Below are positions 1-8,386 of a stretch of 64,000 bases of DNA, in pieces. The stretch covers positions 62,001 through 126,000 of the forward strand of contig MU004239.1 in the NCBI GenBank assembly GCA_010405405.1, given 5' to 3'. The stretch is from Microthyrium microscopicum (taxonomy: Eukaryota). Position 1 is the first letter of the stretch; every line of letters starts with the position of its first letter. Under the pieces are notes generated by a model. The model was given only the letters and a program-made list of their open reading frames with translations, made no database searches and was not told the DNA's origin. Made by a program: the position numbers and the translations under genes.

Positions 1-2997
1 GACGTTGCCGATGATAGGGGTAACCTGTCTGTATCTCTTGTCCTGGATCAAGACGCGCTGGAGCGTATGTACCGGGCTATGCAGGCAGAAGAGGATATGG
101 ATAAACACAAAAGCTTCGATGAATTCATAACTGCAATCAAAGAAGGCGATTCACGACATTTGCAGTGGGTCATAGTACATTGGCTTTCTAGACCTCGAAC
201 GGGGGACGCCGTATGGGCCCCAGGCTATGAGCACTGTGATCTCCGGGGCGAAAGCGTTCCGCGGGATGTTGCAGAGCGATACGTCGAATACGGCAAAAGG
301 CTCGGGCCCAAAGCAGAGGCTCGTTTACTTACTCTGGAAGACGTTGTGCGGATCTGGGCGCCTGCCGAACAAACAAGAATTGTCACTCGACACGGCTTTG
401 GGATCTATTTCCTAGAAGGTTATCCTCCTCATGAATTCCTGCAGCTTCTGAATACTCTCTCGCAGCGAGACGACAAGGAGACCAGTTCTCGTGCACGAGC
501 AATTCTCAACTCTCGTGAGGCCGAAGACCTCAGAACACAACTGCGTCAAAGCATGGAATCAGCCAAAAGCATGAGGAAACTGCTTCGTAAAGATGAAGGT
601 CTTCAAAAACTTCTGACACCGTTGAACCCGTACAATTTTGACAACAAGGAGTATGTCATTTACTTTGCTCGTGAACATCCATTTTACCGCAACGCAAGTA
701 CAGATCAATCTAGTCACGAATTGGAATGCTATCTAGATGACATTGCAGAGTTTGCACTGCAAATCGACGATCCTCTAGAGTTGGATCCAATTCCTATTGT
801 CATCGAGTGTCTGCGAGAGTACACTACCATCAAGCGGTGGCTAGAGAAGAGACCAGCCAACGTCGTCCTCACCGCTGCAACTCGCGAAAGTACTACTCAA
901 CCTTCATTGCCTAGTCAACTAGTCTACATACCGGACAATTCACTAAACAAGCGGAAACGAACCGAAGAGGAGGAAATCTTTACAGATGCTGCATCGGAGC
1001 TGCAAGTCCCAGGTGCCAAAAGGCAACGAGTGGAGCCTTTAGGCGACGCTCAGACTCCAGTTGTAGCCGGTCCAAGCGGTACCAACGCATTCACGGCCGT
1101 TTTTGATGCTAATTCACCTTCGGCTTCCACAAATGGCGCCCCTGGAAAGCAAAGATACGTCTCTGCTAGATCTACGCCTCGTTTTGAGTCATTAGATCTT
1201 CTCGACATGACACGGCAAGCTGAAAGTCAAACTGGAGTTGATGTACCCTCGAGTGCCACTGCTGGACAGATGCAATTAATTCCTGGGACTGAAACTGGTA
1301 TTGGCGCTGAAATAACACAGAAACCGGTGGAGTCCCAACAAGTGTCTGCAAAATTAGCAAGCTTAGATGCTCCGACCAAAGATTTCATCCATGCCAGGGG
1401 TAATAACCATGACCTCGAAGGAAACACCAAAACACTCAGCCATGTTTCTGAAGAGTCGGAGGAGGAATCAGAGGAGGATTCCGATAGTGAAGACGAATCC
1501 GGTGTACCTGAAGACGAAAAGGAGAGTGCGATGCCTGATGCTCCAAAAGAATATATTCCCAAGGCCACCCTTGAAACAGAAGCCTCGCCTCAGACAATTC
1601 TAGATGACTCTAGCTCTGAGGAAGACACTGAATCATCCGAAGATGAGGACGATGTCCCAATTTCCGACACGATACAGCCTCTTGTACAAAGTACTGAAAA
1701 CACAAGCGTCACTGGAGTAGACCAGGAAAAGTCCGAAGCAAGTCATAGCAGCAACAAGGCCGGGAAACAGCCTATGAAAACTTCAGAGTCAAATGTAGCC
1801 AATATTCTGCCTAATGAAGTTTCAACTTTGGCGAAAGCAACACCTGCTGCGACCTCCTACCCAAACCCAGACACTGCATCAACATCGGTGGATCTCCTCA
1901 AACAATCACTAAATCCTCAATCGACCCCTCCCAGTCCTCCTAAGCCACCCAGCGGCCAACTGGCCCAACATGCAAGCTTAGAGGTGCCCCATGTCCCTAC
2001 CATAGTCAAGACGAAATTCCGAAAACCGCCTCCGACCGCCGCTCAATGCATGGGTGGAGATCCCTACTGGGACGATTTTGAGTCTAGTAGCTCAGATAGC
2101 TCAAGTAGCGATGATGAAGCACCGCCAAGGGGAACCAAGTCGATAATTTATTCTTCGTTTGTTCCCTCCCCTGTACCTATTCCGCCAGAACTGCTTGCTC
2201 CATTCACAGCACCTGCGCCTGCGATCAAACCAATGGATCAGAAGACAGAAATTAAAGAAGGCTCTAGCAGCCATAAGGGCAGTGTGGACTCAGAGGACGA
2301 TGCTGACGATGAGTCTGGCTCAGAAAGCGACAGTTCTGTCCCAAGTTCACCAGTTTCTGAAGAAAGCTTTATTCATGGAGTAGAGGAGGTTCCGAAAGCA
2401 TTCAAGGCTCTCGTACCTTCAGTCGAAGAACTACATCCCGAAGCACAAAGCTCTTCGACCTTGCTCAATGAACCATCACCGCCTGTCACTGAAACCGTTC
2501 AATCATCCGCATTCGACGCACTCAATCCTGCCGCTGAAACTATCATTGAACCTGCCAGCCAGGCCACTCTCATCGGAACCCAGGAACCGCCATCAACTGC
2601 TGTCAACATATCACCTCCAAATCCATTTGCAAAAGCAATTGAAATTGCCAGCAGAGTAGCGCAAGAGTGGGCCCCGCGGAATGGAAGCCCTTCTGCTACA
2701 AATACTAGAGCCAAGAAAGAGCCAGCTAAGAAAACAGCTGCCAAGAAGGCAACACCAAAGGCCCCGATCAACTTGAAAAGTACACCCGTACCACTTCCGA
2801 AGTTTGACGGCATAGCATCAACCTTGACGGCTCCCAAGGTTTCCAAGGCAAAGTCTACAGGTAGTTCGAAAGCCAGCTCCTCCAAGGCTACTACTACTGC
2901 AGGTGCATCAAAAGCCAGTACGGCGGCGGGTTCTTCAAAGGCTAGTGCGAGCGCGCCAAAGAAAGCCGCCAAACCACGGAAGAATGCTGCGAAATAA
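1..2997 (+). CDS. Large hypothetical protein with an acidic/Ser-rich disordered C-terminal two-thirds and a Lys/Ala-rich basic tail; possibly 5'-partial
   Basis: 976-aa ORF 67..2997. The same frame is open back to base 1. Contains an NLS-like KRKR, acidic tracts and a KKTAAKKA/SSKA-repeat tail. No family recognised. Confidence 0.75.
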   Translation, partial: DVADDRGNLSVSLVLDQDALERMYRAMQAEEDMDKHKSFDEFITAIKEGDSRHLQWVIVHWLSRPRTGDAVWAPGYEHCDLRGESVPRDVAERYVEYGKRLGPKAEARLLTLEDVVRIWAPAEQTRIVTRHGFGIYFLEGYPPHEFLQLLNTLSQRDDKETSSRARAILNSREAEDLRTQLRQSMESAKSMRKLLRKDEGLQKLLTPLNPYNFDNKEYVIYFAREHPFYRNASTDQSSHELECYLDDIAEFALQIDDPLELDPIPIVIECLREYTTIKRWLEKRPANVVLTAATRESTTQPSLPSQLVYIPDNSLNKRKRTEEEEIFTDAASELQVPGAKRQRVEPLGDAQTPVVAGPSGTNAFTAVFDANSPSASTNGAPGKQRYVSARSTPRFESLDLLDMTRQAESQTGVDVPSSATAGQMQLIPGTETGIGAEITQKPVESQQVSAKLASLDAPTKDFIHARGNNHDLEGNTKTLSHVSEESEEESEEDSDSEDESGVPEDEKESAMPDAPKEYIPKATLETEASPQTILDDSSSEEDTESSEDEDDVPISDTIQPLVQSTENTSVTGVDQEKSEASHSSNKAGKQPMKTSESNVANILPNEVSTLAKATPAATSYPNPDTASTSVDLLKQSLNPQSTPPSPPKPPSGQLAQHASLEVPHVPTIVKTKFRKPPPTAAQCMGGDPYWDDFESSSSDSSSSDDEAPPRGTKSIIYSSFVPSPVPIPPELLAPFTAPAPAIKPMDQKTEIKEGSSSHKGSVDSEDDADDESGSESDSSVPSSPVSEESFIHGVEEVPKAFKALVPSVEELHPEAQSSSTLLNEPSPPVTETVQSSAFDALNPAAETIIEPASQATLIGTQEPPSTAVNISPPNPFAKAIEIASRVAQEWAPRNGSPSATNTRAKKEPAKKTAAKKATPKAPINLKSTPVPLPKFDGIASTLTAPKVSKAKSTGSSKASSSKATTTAGASKASTAAGSSKASASAPKKAAKPRKNAAK

Positions 2998-3645
2998 TAA
3001 TTTTTAAAACTTAGAAGCGGGTTTGAACTATTCGGTGGTTGCGCGGTTTTTCATATGTCATTTAGCAAAGTTTCATGTATTCTATCATATTTACTCTTTA
3101 ATATCAATCGTCATCTAGTCATAGAAACCAACACCTGTAGTGCTGTGATAACCGCATGCTGTTATAAATTGGAATAGAAGATCTGCGGATTGTATCGAAT
3201 TTAGAATGCTGCTCGGTTCGTTACTTTACAGATTACTGTGTACATGTCCCACAAGTCCTCAACCTCCACGACTTTAATTTTATAGCAACTGCCTAAAAGG
3301 GAACCCGTAACTAGCTTGTGTAGCCCGAGAAGTTCATACGACCTTTACGTGCGACTTGAAACGTTACAATTTTCTCACAAGGCTCAGAATGTCACTCTCT
3401 GATTGTACACAGGTATGCCCGAATGTAGGTGATTTGAGTTGGTCCAGTCGTCATATTCCTCGGTGGTACCATGATAGTACCTCCCAGACGAGTCTTAACG
3501 TCCTAAACTCAAGATTACAGTCATGCTGTACAATCTTTGGTATAAAGCAGGAGAAGCGTACACAAAAGCTCCAGTCAAGTCCAACGATAGCTCGAGCATA
3601 GAGTTCAGACAGTGATGACTTGTTCCTTATCTTTTGACAACCAAC

Positions 3646-4842
3646 ATGAAAGACTTTTGGACTATTTTAGTCACTTTGCAGTCCTTATTAAGCTTGGCGT
3701 TTACAGTACCAGTACCTGACAAGCTTAATGTAAGAGATGTGAGAGGTGAATATCATTTTGCTCGTCTTTGCTACATGCTGAGCGTACTACTTAGCAATAT
3801 CTCAAAGCGACTTCGACACCATCAGCCTCTACGAACAGTACGCAGCCGCGGCCTATTGCCCATCAAACTTTAATGGGTCTGTACCAGCGCTTGTCACTTG
3901 TCGTTCCAACAACTGTGATTTGGTGCAAAAGGCTAAGGCTGCAGCTATTTATAAAATTGCCCCGTAAGACCCCTTGAACACGTTTCTAATCTAGGCTGGA
4001 ATTACGAAGAGCTTAACGACGTTTAGTAATTCGCTTACGGATACCAGAGGCTATATTGCGGTTGATAACGTCAACAAACTAATTGTCGTGGCATTTCGAG
4101 GGTCCGAGACAGTCGCCAACTTCCTGGCAAATCTGTTGTCTATTTTTCTTACTAGAGTCGACCTTTGCACAGGATGTCAGGGTGGCAGTGGATTTTGGAT
4201 TTCCTGGACTAGGAATCGAGCACAAATTATACAACAAGTCAAGAATCTGCTCAATAATCCAGCCAGGCAGAACTATACAGTTTTAGTCACTGGACATTCT
4301 TTGGGAGGTGCCATTGGAAACTTTGCAGCATTTGAGCTTAGAATAGCTTTTCCCAAGACTACAGTTGATATGGTACGTCTCGCATCCTGTTCTGAATTCA
4401 TACCTTGCTATTCTATTTAGTACAACAAGCTCACAGCTTTGATATCTAGGCCACGTTTGGAGCCCCAGCAACCGGCAATCTCATATTTACAAGCCAACTC
4501 AGTAAACAAGATCGGATCCGTGGACGGAACTTTCGTGTTAATCATCTTGGAGATCCAGTACCAAATCTACCTCCTATTCGTGGCTTTACAAGCGTCACGC
4601 CAGCATTCACAATCAATACAGCAAACCAAATAGTTCCAGCCCCAAAGGATTTTACAATGTTAGAGGGAGCTTCGGCGTTGAATCCAGGTGTTACCAATCC
4701 TTTTGATTTTATGCCTCACGCTTTCTACATTAATGCCATTTCTGCATGTTTTGTTACTCCTGCGGCCTTCGTTGCTAATATCACTCTTCCTCTGAAGTTC
4801 ACTTATGGGTCGGAGTACCCACAAATGGAAGCTAGCCTCTAG
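3646..4842 (+). CDS. Secreted class 3 lipase (Lipase_3 family), 4 exons
   Basis: Signal peptide MKDFWTILVTLQSLLSLAF. Exons approx. 3646-3745, 3795-3963, 4027-4372 and 4450-4842, joined by GT-AG introns. Motifs YAAAAYC, VAFRGS, nucleophile GHSLGG, TFGAP, HLGDPVPNLP and a C-terminal His (PHAFY). Confidence 0.92.
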
Positions 4843-5650
4843 GCTTGATGTATCCTCTGATTAGCCTATACCGTTATGTATTTGGTCTATTCGAAGCAGT
4901 CGAAGCCATGCTAATTGAATCAGCTGAAAGGTACGAACTTTGCAAACAGCATTCTAGCCGCTTCGTGTTGTCTTTATCAAGGTCTCTCTTGAAAGTTTGC
5001 GTCTATTGTGAATTTGGACAGCCTGCTTAGTTAGCGACTGTGAAGTCTGGTAGTTATCGTTCAAATCACTTCAATGCGGCTCAGAACCAAATCAGAACTA
5101 GTTGATGTGTTGTTGGCGTCCCATAATGGTAGACTAGATCACACCCTTTTTCTCGATTTTGTTGCAAGTTATAGGAGGAACTCCCTTTCGTCGGTAAACA
5201 TGATCTTGCTGAGAAGAGTCGCTGCATAGCATCTGGATGATGCGTTCTCGTCGTTTATGCCAGAACCAGGACTCGGGATGCAAGCACTAGCAGATATTGA
5301 TTGTGCGATTCGATAGCAAGGTGATATTTGAGACAGAATACGTCACAAGATCTGTCCGTGTTTTAACACTGTTAACAGACGGAGTTGTTTCTAAGCTGTG
5401 AAAGTTCCAAAATCGATTTTCCATGGAAGATATATCCTTCTCCCGATTTCTTCTGGCTCCTGTATACTATACCCTTCCGTTCTCCAGAAAAATCACTCCT
5501 CATAATTACTGGTGTTACACAAGGTTAAAACAATTGTGCGCCAACGACCTTCGAACCATGAATAGTGCATTATTTTAACTGTACAGCTGGTGCATTACAT
5601 TGTAGGATATATACGAAAATGGAGCAATTTTGTCTCAAATCCAAGCTCCC

Positions 5651-5701
5651 GTACGTGATGATTCTATATCTTCTTATTAGTACCGTGCTAACCGCATGTA
5701 G
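5651..5701 (+). other. Putative spliceosomal intron 1 of tRNA-Tyr (51 nt, between tRNA nt 5 and 6)
   Basis: Donor GTACGT, branch site GCTAAC at 5687-5692, acceptor TAG at 5699-5701. Confidence 0.85.
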
Positions 5702-5735
5702 CTTGGTCTAGTTGGTTCATGACGTTCGGCTGTAA

Positions 5736-5746
5736 TTGATACTATT
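5736..5746 (+). other. Canonical tRNA intron (position 37/38), TTGATACTATT
   Basis: 11 nt inserted one base 3' of the GTA anticodon. Removal restores the 7-nt loop and the CCGAA 3' stem strand, as is typical for eukaryotic tRNA-Tyr. Confidence 0.9.
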
Positions 5747-5777
5747 ACCGAAAGGTCTCCGGCTCGATTCCGGAAGG

Positions 5778-5824
5778 GTAAAAACAATCAAGTCTACACC
5801 TTAGAACTTACTGACACTTTGTAG
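5778..5824 (+). other. Putative spliceosomal intron 2 of tRNA-Tyr (47 nt, between tRNA nt 68 and 69)
   Basis: Donor GTAAAA, branch site ACTGAC at 5810-5815, acceptor TAG at 5822-5824, followed by GGAGA, which completes the acceptor stem. Confidence 0.82.
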
Positions 5825-5854
5825 GGAGATCATGATGAGGATCTAGAAGATCAC

Positions 5855-5860
5855 TTTTTT
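5855..5860 (+). terminator. Putative RNA polymerase III terminator (T6) for the tRNA-Tyr gene
   Basis: First run of 5 or more T after the tRNA start, 25 nt downstream of A73, followed by a T5. Confidence 0.6.
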
Positions 5861-6373
5861 GCTATTTTTACTTGCGTGGTATAGCCTTATTAGGTGGGGT
5901 TCAATCACTAGTTCCATTTCTTTTGTTTTTGTATTGAAGCCCATTGCGAGGACTGAAATGCTGGAAGAAGCAGTGGACACGTTGATCTTATTCAGGCGCT
6001 AGGTATAATTGTGCGGCCCTAAGAATTCAAGTTGTGTATATACCGCAGAGAATTTTCAGGATGCAACATTAATTAAGCCTTTTTAGGACCCCAAAATAGG
6101 TGCTTACTACTCACTAATTTTAGGGGACCCTACATAGCGCTAACTAATTTTAGAGGGTGTAGCGTACTACAGGGTTACTAATTTTAGAGGCTCTAGCTTA
6201 CTATAAATTGTCCTCTTTGTCTTAGCGTTTATATTAAGCCTATTAAGCACTCAAATAGCTACAGTACTGCGAGCGAAGGGGACAATACTAATAAAGGGGA
6301 CAACGCTAATCGAAAGGAACAAACAGGCGCTAATTAAAGGAGATAATACATATAAAGATAACGCGTATTAAAT

Positions 6374-7460
6374 CCTAAGCTAGTTCGTAGTAGAATGTAT
6401 AGTAGTAAGAGCACATTTTAGTGTTTCGCTATAGCTAATCCCTAAGCTATAAGGGCTTTAAAAAATAGTATTTTTAGCTATTTAATAAAGAGGATTAGGA
6501 GCGCCTTCCTAATATTAGTTATAATATTAGCTATTAATAGCTAATATTAGCTATTAGTAGTTAAAATAGCTACTATCTAAAAATGCGTTATTTTTAGCTA
6601 CTATAAGATAATCTAGCTCTTTAAAAATATAAAGGGCTAGATTATATAATTTAGCACGTAACTATTACGTAACACGGCACGTAATTATAATATTAAGATC
6701 TAGTAATTCCTAGATCTTAATATTACGTGTTAAATACTATAGATTTAAATAGCTTAAGTAGCTACTATAGGATAATCTAGCCCTTTAGATATAAAGAGCT
6801 AGATTTAAAGCTAGTCCTAGATTGGTCTAGCTTTACAAACTTAAGGCTCTTAAGTCCTAAGCTACTTTATAGTAGAATATATAGTAGTAGGAACATATTT
6901 TAGTATTTTGCCGTAGCTAATCCCTAAGCTATAAGGGCTTTAGAAGATCGTATTTTTAGCTTTTTTAAAAAGGGGATTTTAGGCTAATAGTAGCTATAAT
7001 ATTAGTTACTAGTAGCTAATATTAGCTATTAGTAGCTAAAATAGCTACTATCTAAAAATACGTTATTTTTAGCTACTATAAGATAATCTAGCTCTTTAAA
7101 AATATAAAGGGTTAGATAATATAATCTAGTACGTAATTATTACGTAATAAGGTACGTAATAATACGTAATTATAATATTAAGATCTAGTAATTCCTAGAT
7201 CTTAATATTGCGTATTAAATACTATAGATTTAAATAGCTTAAGTAGCTACTATAAAATAATCTAGCTCTTTAGATATAAAGGGCTAGATTTAAAGCTAGT
7301 CTTAGATTAGTTTAGCTTTATAGACTTAAGGCTCTTAAGTTCTAAGCTACTTTATAGTAGAATATATAATAGTAGAGGTATATTTTAGTATTTTACTATA
7401 GCTAATCCCTAAGCTATAAAGGCTTTAGAGGGTTATATTTTTAGCTACTTTATAAAAAAG
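6374..7460. repeat. About 483-bp tandem repeat (approx. 2.2 copies) inside the pogo-like element
   Basis: Unit start (C/T)CTAAGCTA...GTAGAAT...GCTAATCCCTAAGCTATAA recurs at 6374, 6856 and 7341. Copies differ mostly by transitions. Confidence 0.85.
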
Positions 7461-8004
7461 ATAAGAATTTAGCTAAGATTTTATAAGATTAGTAATTATA
7501 CCTATTAATTCTTATAGTAATTCTAGTTAATTCTTAAGTAAATTCTATTCTTAGTTATAGTTTAGAGATATATTTACTAAGTCTTAAATTTTTAGAAATT
7601 AGATATATTTTTACTAGATTTAGCGTTAGCTAGACTAATTACTATAAACTAGACTTAAGTTTAGGATAGTTTATTATTAAGTTAGATTTTATATATAGTT
7701 TATAGTTAGTATAATTATAAAGCTTTATATAAGAAATAGATAAGAATCTACTATTTAGCTAGCTTAATAATATTAGCTACTAGATTACCTCTAAAACTCT
7801 TTTAGAGTCTTTAGTAAAGAATATAATATATTTCTTAGTTTACTCTTTTAGGGTAGCTTAGAAATAAATATTTATATATTTTTAAGAAAATACTTTTTAT
7901 ATTAAAAAGTTATTTTCTTTTTATTAAATTAATCTATCTTTATTTTATTTTTTTTATTATATTATTAGATAATATAATAAATATTAATTTATTCTATTAT
8001 CTAA

Positions 8005-8386
8005 GTAAGTAATAAAACTACTAGAAGGTTAAAGTAGTTTAGTTCTACTTAGATAGTTAGTCTACTTAAGTAAATAGTAAAACTACTAAAAGATTAAAGT
8101 AGTTTAGTTCTACTTAGATAGTTTAAAGTAGTTTAGTTCTACTTAGATAGTTAGTCTACTTAAGTAAGTAGTAAAACTACTAGAAGGTTAAAGTAGTTTA
8201 GTTCTACTTAGATAGTTTAAAGTAGTTTAGTTCTACTTAGATAGTTTAAAGTAGTTTAGTTCTACTTAGATAGTTTAAAGTANNNNNNNNNNTAGATAGT
8301 TTAAAGTAGTTTAGTTCTACTTAGATAGTTTAAAGTAGTTTAGTTCTACTTAGATAGTTTAAAGTAGTTTAGTTCTACTTAGATAG
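8005..8386. repeat. 29-bp minisatellite (AAAGTAGTTTAGTTCTACTTAGATAGTTT) spanning a 10-N assembly gap
   Basis: Direct tandem copies on both sides of the N run at 8283-8292, so the true copy number is unknown. Confidence 0.9.

Larger units (their letters stand above)
5646..5829 (+). tRNA. tRNA-Tyr(GUA) in four pieces: one canonical 11-nt anticodon-loop intron plus two putative spliceosomal introns in the acceptor stem
   Basis: Exons 5646-5650 (CTCCC), 5702-5735, 5747-5777 and 5825-5829 (GGAGA). The joined sequence folds as acceptor CTCCCCT/AGGGGAG, D stem GTC/GAC, anticodon stem TTCGG/CCGAA with loop CT-GTA-AA, T stem TCCGG/CCGGA and discriminator A73. Confidence 0.9.

Noticed and set aside
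5697..5782. Contiguous, conventional tRNA-Tyr or a simple tRNA pseudogene
   Set aside because: The unspliced ends pair at only 3 of 7 positions, whereas GT-AG excision gives 7 of 7 plus the Tyr identity bases. Random decay would not leave both mini-exons at splice boundaries.
5832..5860. ATGATGA box-C-like motif suggesting a tRNA-snoRNA dicistron
   Set aside because: A T6 terminator follows within about 20 nt, and no box D or terminal stem occurs before it.
8005..8386. CRISPR-like array
   Set aside because: Eukaryotic context; the 29-bp units are mostly head-to-tail and the few intervening segments are themselves repeated, not unique spacers.
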